A stretch of DNA of 59,018 bases, counting the filler. It is 9 parts of 9 records of this genome, joined end to end, with 100 filler letters (N's around TTAATTAATTAA, not from the genome) between each part and the next. Parts side by side here need not be neighbours in the genome. Positions count along the whole stretch, not along the records: positions 35,776 to 43,529 come from SRR31156797_15114; positions 43,630 to 53,886 come from SRR31156797_15115; 7 more parts are not named here. The stretch is one strand, 5' to 3'. The notes under the pieces are model-generated. The model saw nothing but the letters and a program-made list of their open reading frames with translations. It made no database searches and had not been told where the DNA came from. Shown here in pieces: positions 38,318 through 47,526 of the stretch. The position numbers and the translations under genes are program-made. Each line of letters starts with the position of its first letter. The first letter of the stretch is position 1.

Positions 38318-40648
38318 TTAAAAAGAATTCTTTATGTTAAATTCAAACTGGAACTTAGGATCTCCCGGTCTTGGAGTAAGTGGGAACCCCCACTCGAAAG
38401 AAAGAGGCGCGATAGGGGTAACCCAACGGATACCGAATCCCGCACTCCAGAAAAGTCCAAGAGGAAGACCGTGTTGATTATGTTCCTTTCCATTTATATA
38501 GAACATGTTCTCGTTTTTAGCCCATGTATTTCCGATATCAAGAAAGCCTACGAGGTTTAGTCTCATAGCTTTAACGATCGGGATCTCAAGCTCGTTGTTC
38601 ATGACAAATTTCTTATTACCGCCAATAACATACGGGAATGTGCTGCTTGTAGGATCTGTTCCGTTTGAAGGCACATTGTATTCAGTATTTGAACCATCAT
38701 GTGTGGGTCCGATCGAATAGAATGGATAACCACGAACGCTATACATTCCTCCAAGTCTGAAACGCTCGGAAAAAGGCAGCGCTTTATTTTGAAGATGTAT
38801 GTTATAGCCAACATCGATATTTGTCTTAAAAACAATTCCCCAGAAAAGTGACTGATAGAAACGAAAGTTCAGGTCAAGTTTCATGATATCTTCGTCACTA
38901 CCCAGAAATCTTGCAGCAATTTCAGCACTTCCAAGGAGATAGATACCCTTTGATGCGAACATTCTGTCATTTCTGGTATCAATTGAAAGCATAAATATCA
39001 AAGAAGATGTGAACAGATCGCGATAAAGATGGTTCATCTGATTTTCAGTAGCACCATTTATATCAACTTTTCTAAGCCTGTAACCAGCATATGCTCTGAA
39101 GTATCTCCAAAATGGAAATCCGAATGTAAAACTGAATCCGTAACTATTCTGGTTATAGTCGGCATAATATTCATACATATCTGAATCGTAATTAAGATAT
39201 CTATAGAAAAAAGATGTGTTTAGAGAAACATTATAGTCAAAAAAGTACGGTTCGTAAAAACTGAGAGAAAGCTCCCTTTTGATCTTACTTATCTGCCCGG
39301 AAAGACTCATGTTCTGACCATATCCGAGGAAATTATTCTGATCTACTCTCGCATTAAACACGAAGCTTTCAAAAGTTGAAAACCCTGCGCCAACATTAAA
39401 AGTTCCACTCTTTCTTTCAGTGAGGGTTACAAGGATCCGTACAAGATCAGGCTTGCTTCCTTCCTTTATCTCAATTTGAACATCGTCGTAAAAACCTGTC
39501 CTTTTAAGTCTTTCAACAGATCTTTTTTCACCAGTATAAGAATAGAGCTCACCTTCATAAAGAACCATTTCACGCCTTATCACCTTATCCCTGGACCTGT
39601 CGTTGCCTGAAATATCTATTCTTTCGACCTTTGCCTTCTGGCCTTTTTGAATTATAAAATTTATATCAACTATCTGGTTCTTGTCATTTAGTTTTCTATC
39701 TGGAAGAATTCTTACAAAAGGATAGCCTTCATCTCCATAAATTGCTTTTATTCTCTCAACATCACGGATCAGAAGTGTGTGTTTATACCAGTCCTTTCTT
39801 TTAAGTGAGAATTTAAATTTTGGAAGTTTTCCACTGTCAAGAGGGTCTCCACTGACCTTAAAATCACCAACTCTATATCTGAGACCTTCATTAACAACAA
39901 ATGTTATGTAAATATCTTTTTTATCAGGAGAAAGTGTCACTGTAGGCTTGTTCACTTTTACATTGACATAGCCTTCATCATTGTAAAAATACATAAGTCT
40001 CGCAACATCTTCTTCAAGTAGTTTTTTCTGGTAACCACCATCTTGAAAATATGAGAAAAGACCGTCTTCCTGAGTATTGAGGTTCTGTTTCAAGTAGCCA
40101 TCATCAAGATTCTTATTTCCGACAATGTTTATTTTTTTTACTCTACTTTTGCTACCTTCGACCATTTTAAAAGTAACAATTACTTCGCGAGTTTTCTTAT
40201 TCTCTAAAAGATTGTAGCTTACCTGAGCCATCAGATAACCCTTATCTCGGTAAACGCTCATTATACTTGAGACATCTCTTTCGATCTTTGATTTATCAAG
40301 CAATTCGTTCTTTCTGACTGCAACAACGTCTTCAATATCTTCCAGATCGATCTTGTCGTTTCCTCTGAAAGAAACTTTAGATATTACCGGGTGCTCAACA
40401 ACAACGACATTGAGAGTTTTTTTGCCACTATCATAAAAAATCGAAACATCCTGAAAAATATTAAGCTCGATAATTTTCTTAAGAATATCATCTATCTCTT
40501 TCTCACTAAACTCTTTCTTCTTCGAAAAAGGTTCAGTAACAACTGAGGTTTCAGTTCTGATCCCACCCTTTACCTCTACCTTTTCAATAGTAAGAGCGTG
40601 TACTGAAAAACTTAAAAATAATATTAAAAGCAAGGTTATTTTCTTCAT
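38318..40648 (-). CDS. bamA: outer membrane protein assembly factor BamA
   Basis: POTRA repeats (GNDRSRDKVIRRE), NFLGYGQ, VRGY loop motif, C-terminal Phe. Confidence 0.95.
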   Translation of the reverse strand: MKKITLLLILFLSFSVHALTIEKVEVKGGIRTETSVVTEPFSKKKEFSEKEIDDILKKIIELNIFQDVSIFYDSGKKTLNVVVVEHPVISKVSFRGNDKIDLEDIEDVVAVRKNELLDKSKIERDVSSIMSVYRDKGYLMAQVSYNLLENKKTREVIVTFKMVEGSKSRVKKINIVGNKNLDDGYLKQNLNTQEDGLFSYFQDGGYQKKLLEEDVARLMYFYNDEGYVNVKVNKPTVTLSPDKKDIYITFVVNEGLRYRVGDFKVSGDPLDSGKLPKFKFSLKRKDWYKHTLLIRDVERIKAIYGDEGYPFVRILPDRKLNDKNQIVDINFIIQKGQKAKVERIDISGNDRSRDKVIRREMVLYEGELYSYTGEKRSVERLKRTGFYDDVQIEIKEGSKPDLVRILVTLTERKSGTFNVGAGFSTFESFVFNARVDQNNFLGYGQNMSLSGQISKIKRELSLSFYEPYFFDYNVSLNTSFFYRYLNYDSDMYEYYADYNQNSYGFSFTFGFPFWRYFRAYAGYRLRKVDINGATENQMNHLYRDLFTSSLIFMLSIDTRNDRMFASKGIYLLGSAEIAARFLGSDEDIMKLDLNFRFYQSLFWGIVFKTNIDVGYNIHLQNKALPFSERFRLGGMYSVRGYPFYSIGPTHDGSNTEYNVPSNGTDPTSSTFPYVIGGNKKFVMNNELEIPIVKAMRLNLVGFLDIGNTWAKNENMFYINGKEHNQHGLPLGLFWSAGFGIRWVTPIAPLSFEWGFPLTPRPGDPKFQFEFNIKNSF

Positions 40649-41319
40649 ATATTTCGGATCACTCCATTTTCAAGCTCGATAATTCTACCCATATCAGAAG
40701 CAAACTTTCTGTTATGCGTAACGAACAAAGTTGTCAAATCCCTCTCCTGTGCAATCGAAAGGATGAGGTCTATTATCATTTTTCCTGTGTCATTGTCCAG
40801 ATTTCCTGTGGGTTCATCCATAAGTAGAAGCGAAGGCTCGGTTGAAACAGCTCTTGCAATAGCCACCCTCTGCTGTTCTCCACCTGACAATTCTGCAGGT
40901 TTATGCTCCATTCTCTCACCTAACCCAACTCTTTTTAGAACATCGGCAGCTTTTTTAAAAGCTTCTTTTTTAGGCTTGGTTATCATCAACGGTATTGCAA
41001 CATTTTCTAACGCCGTGAATTCCGGAAGAAGGTGATGAAACTGAAAAACTATTCCTACTTCTCTATTTCTAAACCTGCTTAATTTTCCGTCTCTCATCTT
41101 TGATGGGTCTAGTCCATCAAGAAGGATCTCTCCACTATCGGGTCTTTCAAGAGTTCCCATTATGTTTAAAAGGGTTGACTTCCCTGCACCGCTCTTTCCG
41201 GTAAGAGACACTCTTTCGCCTCTCTCAAGTTCAAGAGAAACACCATTTAGAACATCTATTGTTTTTCCTTCTACGGTATAGGATTTTTTTATATCCTTCA
41301 TTGTCAAGATCTTACTCAT
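40645..41319 (-). CDS. lolD: lipoprotein-releasing ABC ATPase LolD
   Basis: GKSGAGKS, FQFHHLLPEFTALENV, LSGGEQQR, DEPTGNLD. Confidence 0.93.
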   Translation of the reverse strand: MSKILTMKDIKKSYTVEGKTIDVLNGVSLELERGERVSLTGKSGAGKSTLLNIMGTLERPDSGEILLDGLDPSKMRDGKLSRFRNREVGIVFQFHHLLPEFTALENVAIPLMITKPKKEAFKKAADVLKRVGLGERMEHKPAELSGGEQQRVAIARAVSTEPSLLLMDEPTGNLDNDTGKMIIDLILSIAQERDLTTLFVTHNRKFASDMGRIIELENGVIRNI

Positions 41320-42607
41320 ATCTTAGTCCCTCTATCGGAGTTATTCCTGATGCTTTTATGCTTGGATAAAGTGTTGCAACCACTGATATCATTAACGAAA
41401 CGCCCATCACAGATAAAAAGGTGGTCACAGACATTTCAACCGGCATTGATGAAAAGAAGTATATCTCCTTGCTTAAAGGAAAGTCGATCTGCTTAAGAAA
41501 AACACATCCTGCTACAGCAAGAACAGCCCCGATCAAAGTTCCCGAAAGACCTATTATAAATCCATCAAAAATAAAAATGCTGCTCACCGTACTTCTTTTT
41601 ACTCCAAGTGACCTTAATACTGAAATTTCCCTCTTTTTACTAATAACTAACATTATAAGCGTGGTAATTATTCCAAAAGATGCAACAAGTATGATAAATC
41701 CAAGAATAATGAACATAACGATCTTTTGAAGTCTCAGGAATTTAAAAGTGGTGCGATGCATCTCCTCCCAATCCTGAACGGCATATGGAAAACCACCTGC
41801 GACCTTTGTTACATCCATCTTTATCTTTTCCAGATCAAGTATATCTTTCACGCGGATAGAGATAAAGCTCACCCTGTCGCCAATATCAAGAAATGCCTGT
41901 GCAGCCTTAAGATCCGTGTAGATAAATCTTGAATCATAGTCGTGCAGCCCTGTGTCAAAGATCCCTACAACTTTAAAATTTCTGCTGACAGGAATTATTC
42001 CATCCTTGTCAGATGACGTTCCTTTTGAGCTGACTATCGTTATTGTTGAATTGATCTTCGCTTTGAGTTTTTGAGCCATTCCCGTTCCTATAACAACTGG
42101 AAAAACCTCATAATCCTCTTCGAGAAAATCCGCAACGGCTTTAGCATGCCCACTTTTTTCCGCAGAAACACAGTTCTTTTCAGGATCAAGGCAGTCAAAT
42201 GAGCCTTTTTTTACAGTTTTTGGAATATTTGATATGGAGCCATACCCTAAAGTGTCAACTCCATTAAGAACCGCTCCTGCGATCTCCTTACCTGACGAAA
42301 CAAGAACCTCATTAAAAACAAGAGGTTGCGCACCTTTAATGCCTTCAACGTTCCTTATCTGTGCGGTCAGTTCTTTGTGGTTCTCAAAACTTCCCGTAAG
42401 CTTGTATATGTTTGCGTGAGATGTAGAGCTAAGAACGGTCTTTCTCATTTCCACAAGAAAACCATCCATAACTGAAAGCACAATTATTAAAGCTGCAACA
42501 CCAAGAGCAAGTCCGGCAATTGAAACTATGGAAATAAAGGAAAATGTTCCCTTTTTTCTTCCTTGAACAAGATATCTTAAAGCAATGAGTCTAACAAGAT
42601 CAGTCAT
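41312..42607 (-). CDS. lipoprotein-releasing ABC permease, LolC/E family
   Basis: IALRYL, GVAALIIVLSVMDGF, KKREISVLRSLG, ATLYPS..P.EGLRYE. Confidence 0.92.
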   Translation of the reverse strand: MTDLVRLIALRYLVQGRKKGTFSFISIVSIAGLALGVAALIIVLSVMDGFLVEMRKTVLSSTSHANIYKLTGSFENHKELTAQIRNVEGIKGAQPLVFNEVLVSSGKEIAGAVLNGVDTLGYGSISNIPKTVKKGSFDCLDPEKNCVSAEKSGHAKAVADFLEEDYEVFPVVIGTGMAQKLKAKINSTITIVSSKGTSSDKDGIIPVSRNFKVVGIFDTGLHDYDSRFIYTDLKAAQAFLDIGDRVSFISIRVKDILDLEKIKMDVTKVAGGFPYAVQDWEEMHRTTFKFLRLQKIVMFIILGFIILVASFGIITTLIMLVISKKREISVLRSLGVKRSTVSSIFIFDGFIIGLSGTLIGAVLAVAGCVFLKQIDFPLSKEIYFFSSMPVEMSVTTFLSVMGVSLMISVVATLYPSIKASGITPIEGLRYE

Positions 42608-43529
42608 GTCTAAGTGCCTCCGCAGGTTTTAGTGCGGCAGCCTTTCGGCCAGGGTAAATTGTTGCTATGAGAGTAATTATCATTGATCCCAGACCAGCTA
42701 TAACAAAAGTTGAAACTGACATGTCAGCCGGGATTCTGTCAATGTAATAAACATCTTTAGCAACTCCAAGCTTAAGTCCGTTTAAAAATGCGCTACCGGC
42801 ATACCCTAAGATCATTCCCATAACCGTTCCCATCAACCCGATCACAAATCCATCGATCATAAATATTTTCATAACAGATCTTGAACTGAATCCAATTGCA
42901 CGCATAATGGCTATTTCATCTCTCTTTCCCATAACCATCATTATCAAAGCTGAAATAATATTAAAAGCGGCGATCAGAACTATGAATCCTAAGATAAGGA
43001 ACCATACGATCTTTTCCATTTGAAGTGCTCCGAAAAGCTGTTTGTTCATGTCTTTCCAGTTTATAACACTGAAGTTTCCTATCAGATTACTCTTGATCAG
43101 CTTTTCAGCTTCTTCAACGGCATAAACATCTTCCAGTCTGATACCGAGCTTATCAACGCTATTTTCCGTGGAAAAGAAATCCTGAGTGTTTTCAAGAGTT
43201 GTATAGATATACCCAAGATCATATTCATAAAGTCCGCTGAAAAACACAGCTCCGACTCTGAATGTTCTTATTAGAGGCACAGGACCTCCAGGGCTCATTC
43301 CACCACCGACAGGACTTATGATCTTTAAAACGTCGCCTATCTCCAGACCAAAATAAGTTGCAAGCTCCTGGCCTATAGCAATTCCCTTTAATTTTCCCTT
43401 GTTTTCACCATCTGCCCCGTCCTTAAACAGGTTCATTGGTCTGGTTGCAAGCCTTTTTATGATCTGAGGACAAGTATCGGGATCTTTTATACATCCGATA
43501 GACCCTTTAGTGATCTGACCCGGAAAAAG
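42600..43529 (-). CDS. second LolC/E-family permease, 5' truncated
   Basis: NWKDMNKQLFGALQMEK, AAFNIIS, EIAIMRAIG, PAEALRHD. Confidence 0.9.
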   Translation of the reverse strand, partial: LFPGQITKGSIGCIKDPDTCPQIIKRLATRPMNLFKDGADGENKGKLKGIAIGQELATYFGLEIGDVLKIISPVGGGMSPGGPVPLIRTFRVGAVFFSGLYEYDLGYIYTTLENTQDFFSTENSVDKLGIRLEDVYAVEEAEKLIKSNLIGNFSVINWKDMNKQLFGALQMEKIVWFLILGFIVLIAAFNIISALIMMVMGKRDEIAIMRAIGFSSRSVMKIFMIDGFVIGLMGTVMGMILGYAGSAFLNGLKLGVAKDVYYIDRIPADMSVSTFVIAGLGSMIITLIATIYPGRKAAALKPAEALRHD

Positions 43530-43629
43530 NNNNNNNNNNNNNNNNNNNNNNNNNNNNNNNNNNNNNNNNNNNNTTAATTAATTAANNNNNNNNNNNNNNN
43601 NNNNNNNNNNNNNNNNNNNNNNNNNNNNN
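43530..43629. other. artificial contig linker
   Basis: N44-TTAATTAATTAA-N44. Confidence 0.99.
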
Positions 43630-43791
43630 TGCCAGATTTACATGCGTTTACCCTACCCCATCACGGCCTGGCCCTTGTTTTCGATAAAATCCTGTGTTAA
43701 CGGTAACCCTGTTAACAGGATATCGACGGACGCTCCGGCATCCATAACGTCATCAACTTAAGGATACGTAGATATTTCAAGGGACTCTGCA

Positions 43792-44592
43792 ATGAAAAAC
43801 AACCTCACGCGACTCACGGACACAGTTTCTGCGATAAAATCGGATTTTCTTTTTAAAACACGGTTGCTCCCCACCCATGTGTTTGTTCTGGAAACAAAGA
43901 ACGGCCTCATCCTTTTTGATACCGGAAGCCCGGGAAGCGGAAAAATGATTATCGACTCCTTGAAAGAGGCGGGATTTGATCCGGGATCGATCCGGGCAAT
44001 CTGCCTGAGCCATTGGCACAGGGACCATGCAGGGAGCATTGCAGAGATAACGGAACTCGTCCCCCCAACATCCGGGGTGGAAATTTTCATCGGCCAGGCC
44101 GACCTGCCCCTGCTAACGGCACAGCGCGTCCAGGTATTACGGTTGAACCCCTTCCTGAACCTGCCCGTGCTCCACCGTCCCGGCCGGCTGCCCTCCCCTT
44201 CCAACAGTCAGCTCATCCCCCTTGACCGTGCCGGGTGCGCAACCCTTGACCGCAAGTACGGCATAAGGGCGATTCCCACCCCGGGTCACACACCGGGCCA
44301 CACGGCCTACCTGCACCGGGAAACGGGCTCCCTTTTTTCCGGGTGCGCCCTGTCATTGCTGAGCCGCCATACTGTGGGCATGGTTCCCATCTTCCATGAC
44401 AGAAAAGAGCAGATCCGTTCCGGGCAACGCCTGGCGGAGCTGGATTTCAAATATCTATTTCCGGTGCACATGTTCCTGAGAAACGACGAAATTCCACTGG
44501 CAAAGCGCCTGCCCTGCACGAAAAAAATGGGAATCACGGACAGACTCATTGGGAACCATCTATTCTTCCGATACGAAGCACATAAAGGTTAA
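43792..44592 (+). CDS. MBL-fold metallohydrolase
   Basis: LFDTG, SHWHRDHAG, TPGHTPGH, FSGC, PVH. Confidence 0.88.
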   Translation: MKNNLTRLTDTVSAIKSDFLFKTRLLPTHVFVLETKNGLILFDTGSPGSGKMIIDSLKEAGFDPGSIRAICLSHWHRDHAGSIAEITELVPPTSGVEIFIGQADLPLLTAQRVQVLRLNPFLNLPVLHRPGRLPSPSNSQLIPLDRAGCATLDRKYGIRAIPTPGHTPGHTAYLHRETGSLFSGCALSLLSRHTVGMVPIFHDRKEQIRSGQRLAELDFKYLFPVHMFLRNDEIPLAKRLPCTKKMGITDRLIGNHLFFRYEAHKG

Positions 44593-44640
44593 TGCCCCGC
44601 CCTCATGTTTTCATTTTTTTCCAAGTATTGGAAAAACCGC

Positions 44641-44670
44641 TTGACAAGAAGCGGTTAACATTTTTAGTAT
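44641..44670 (+). promoter_or_regulatory. sigma70-type promoter upstream of the AAA/RloB pair
   Basis: TTGACA-N18-TAGTAT. Confidence 0.5.
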
Positions 44671-44839
44671 CAACACAGGAACCTATATTTTACATTTAAC
44701 AATGTATCATAACTATCAATGGGAGTTTTTATTTAAAATAAGCAAAGAGCATTAGCTCACAGATTGTACTTAATATTTGTGCCTGACCATTGTGGTTGAA
44801 TAGCTCATTGTCAACAAACAAAAACAGAAAAACTTTTTT

Positions 44840-46150
44840 ATGCTAATTGAATTTTCTATCGAAAACTTTAAGTCTGTGGGAAAAAAACAGACTTTATACT
44901 TACAACCTGCCCGAAAAATAAAAGGCGAAGACTACGTCTTAGATACTAATATTACCCGGGAACCAAAAGTTCTCCCTTGCGCGGCAATTTTAGGAGCTAA
45001 TGCGTCAGGTAAATCCACAATCATTGAGGCCCTCTTTTTTTTACGTTGGCTCATTCAAAACAGCGGTGAGCGCAAAAAAGATGCTATCTTTTCAGACAAC
45101 CGTTTTAAGCTCAATCCAAAATATGCGAACAAACCAACGGCATTTTCAATTCATTTTATTGCCGAGGACCATTATCTGTATGAGTACTCGCTTTCTCTAT
45201 TTCCCGATCGCATTGAAAGAGAACGGTTAACATGCGTAAAAAACATTAAGAAAAGTAAAAAAATTGTTCTGATTGATCGAGATGAAACAAATAGAGAGCT
45301 GAATTCTTTAATTCACTCAGATGAAATTCTTTTACGTCTCTGGAAAGCAGACATAAACAAACAGCGCACCTTCCTTGCCTATTTAAGTAATAAGGGAGAA
45401 ATTGAAGCCTTTGATGCGGTCATGCGATGGTTTGACAATCTTAGAAGCATTAATTATGAAGAGCTCCCGCATTTTTTCACATCATCCATGATACAAAACG
45501 GAGCACTTGAAAAAGAGACCATTCTAAGATGGTTGGCCTCTGCCGACATAAATATTGAAAATTTCTTAATTGAAGAAAAAACAATGGATTTCCCCCCTGA
45601 GCTTGTTAATATCCTTGCTGATAGCATCGCAAAAAAAGAAGGGGAACCAATTGAGCATATATCCAAAAAACTAAACGAGGCCAAAACACTAAATTTGATC
45701 TTTGAACACCGGAATATCAATGGTCTTCCTGTTCCATTTGATTTTGAAAAAGACGAATCTGACGGAACCAAGCATTTTTATTCCCTGGCCGGGCCAGTTC
45801 TTAATGCATTAAAAGAGGGAATAACTCTGATAATTGATGAACTGAACCAATCTTTGCACCCTTTTCTTCTACGAAAGCTCATTCAGCTTTTTACGGACAA
45901 GGAAACCAATCCGAATGGAGCGCAGCTTATATTCACAACCCATGACATTACTGTCTTAGACAGGACGTTGCTGCGGCCTGACGAGATCTATTTTACTCAG
46001 AAAGATGAGCTAAGCTTTGAAACTCAATTATATAGTCTTGCAGAATTTGAAGGCATGGGAAAAAACGACCGACGAGAAAAACTATATAAAGATTATCTCA
46101 ATGGCCGGTTTGGCGCAATTCCGGATGTAGACTGGGATAGAGGCCTGTAA
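44840..46150 (+). CDS. AAA_21-family ABC-type ATPase (RloA/AbiLi-like)
   Basis: MLIEFSIENFKS, GANASGKS, ESDGTK, IIDEL..SLHP, QLIFTTHD, YLNGRFGAIP. Confidence 0.9.
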   Translation: MLIEFSIENFKSVGKKQTLYLQPARKIKGEDYVLDTNITREPKVLPCAAILGANASGKSTIIEALFFLRWLIQNSGERKKDAIFSDNRFKLNPKYANKPTAFSIHFIAEDHYLYEYSLSLFPDRIERERLTCVKNIKKSKKIVLIDRDETNRELNSLIHSDEILLRLWKADINKQRTFLAYLSNKGEIEAFDAVMRWFDNLRSINYEELPHFFTSSMIQNGALEKETILRWLASADINIENFLIEEKTMDFPPELVNILADSIAKKEGEPIEHISKKLNEAKTLNLIFEHRNINGLPVPFDFEKDESDGTKHFYSLAGPVLNALKEGITLIIDELNQSLHPFLLRKLIQLFTDKETNPNGAQLIFTTHDITVLDRTLLRPDEIYFTQKDELSFETQLYSLAEFEGMGKNDRREKLYKDYLNGRFGAIPDVDWDRGL

Positions 46151-46151
46151 T

Positions 46152-46853
46152 ATGGCAAGACCCAAAATGAAACGCCCTGTGGGTAGACGCCGGGAATCGA
46201 CGAATGTGCTTATTGTCTGCGATGGAGAAACAGAAGAGAACTATTTGAAGTATGTATTAAAACCCTACCTTTCCGCACAGAATATTGCAGTCAAATTAGA
46301 TTTACGGAAATTTAAAGATATAAAAGCAACAAATAACTACATCAAAAGAAAGCCTGGAGACCCACCGTTTGATGCAGTTATTTTTATTCGGGATCTGGAA
46401 AATTCCAATCTGACGCCTGCAGAATGCAGCAATCTCGAAAAGTTTGAAAACGCATCGGGGAAACAGGCAAACAAATCATATTGGTTTGTTTTTTACAATT
46501 ATCCTTCTATAGAATTCTGGTACATTCTTCATTTTTCCCAATGCAGGAAAAGGTTTAACAATGCAGATGAAGCATTTCGTGAATTAAAGAAGAACCATTT
46601 CACGGACTATGAGAAACCAATGCCGCGGAACAATCGAGAATCCGAATTATTTTTGAAAAATATTGGCAAAGCAATAAACCATAGTAAAAAATTAAAGATT
46701 CAGACGGTTCTGGGCTATTCCCAAAGGATAACAAAAACTCGCAATTTGACAAATCCGATGACAGATATGCACCATCTTGTAAAGCTATTGACAACTCCAA
46801 GGGAAAATTTCCGTAAAATGTATGAGATGCTGGATCAGAGCAAAAAAGTGTGA
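46152..46853 (+). CDS. RloB/AbiLii-like TOPRIM-fold protein
   Basis: Basic N-terminus, LIVCDGETEENY, PSIEFWYILHF, NPMTDMHHLV; 1 nt after the ATPase stop. Confidence 0.85.
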   Translation: MARPKMKRPVGRRRESTNVLIVCDGETEENYLKYVLKPYLSAQNIAVKLDLRKFKDIKATNNYIKRKPGDPPFDAVIFIRDLENSNLTPAECSNLEKFENASGKQANKSYWFVFYNYPSIEFWYILHFSQCRKRFNNADEAFRELKKNHFTDYEKPMPRNNRESELFLKNIGKAINHSKKLKIQTVLGYSQRITKTRNLTNPMTDMHHLVKLLTTPRENFRKMYEMLDQSKKV

Positions 46854-46959
46854 AGCATCTCCTGCCAACTTAAGGCCGACTCTGCCCATGCTCATGTTCT
46901 TCAGAGTCCGGCCCCGACACCATATATGGAGGACACATTCCCAATGCATTGATAAGGGC

Positions 46960-47457
46960 TTACGGCGTTGTTGACTGCTCTTTCAGGCGTACGCTTAACA
47001 GTGGAACAGGACAATGGCGAAAAAACTTTTCCGCGTTTGATCCGAAAAGGACGCCGGCAATATTCGTGCGTCCTTTCCGGCCCACCACCATAAGATCCGC
47101 CTGTTCATCTTCTATGGTGCGAATTAATTCCTCAAAAGGTACGCCGACCCGAATCACCTTTTTGACGGTAAGATGAGTGCAGGATATTTCCTCAAGAAGT
47201 TTTTCCATCTGTTGGTTTCGTTTTGCCCTTTTTCCTTTTACATAATCATCGGCGAGCTTCTCCAGGTTTTTTTCAATGATCCTGTCAAATTGCTGGTCCG
47301 ACATTGCATGGATGGTATCTACATCTCTCCGATTGATGATATTTACGATAACCAACTCGGCCTGGCATTTTTCCGCCAGGGTGGCTGCATATTCCAGGGT
47401 ATTTTTTGAGTACTCCGAAAAGTCGCACCCGACCATGATTTTTTTGAATGTTATCAT
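46960..47457 (-). CDS. universal stress protein
   Basis: KKIMVGCDFSEYS, ADLMVVGRKGR, FGSNAEK, PVPLLSV. Confidence 0.93.
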   Translation of the reverse strand: MITFKKIMVGCDFSEYSKNTLEYAATLAEKCQAELVIVNIINRRDVDTIHAMSDQQFDRIIEKNLEKLADDYVKGKRAKRNQQMEKLLEEISCTHLTVKKVIRVGVPFEELIRTIEDEQADLMVVGRKGRTNIAGVLFGSNAEKFFRHCPVPLLSVRLKEQSTTP

Positions 47458-47526
47458 TTTTTCCTCCCCGTACCATCTACGAACTATTGCGATTCCCGTA
47501 TTTGAATTAAAAGCCGTTTGCCTGCT

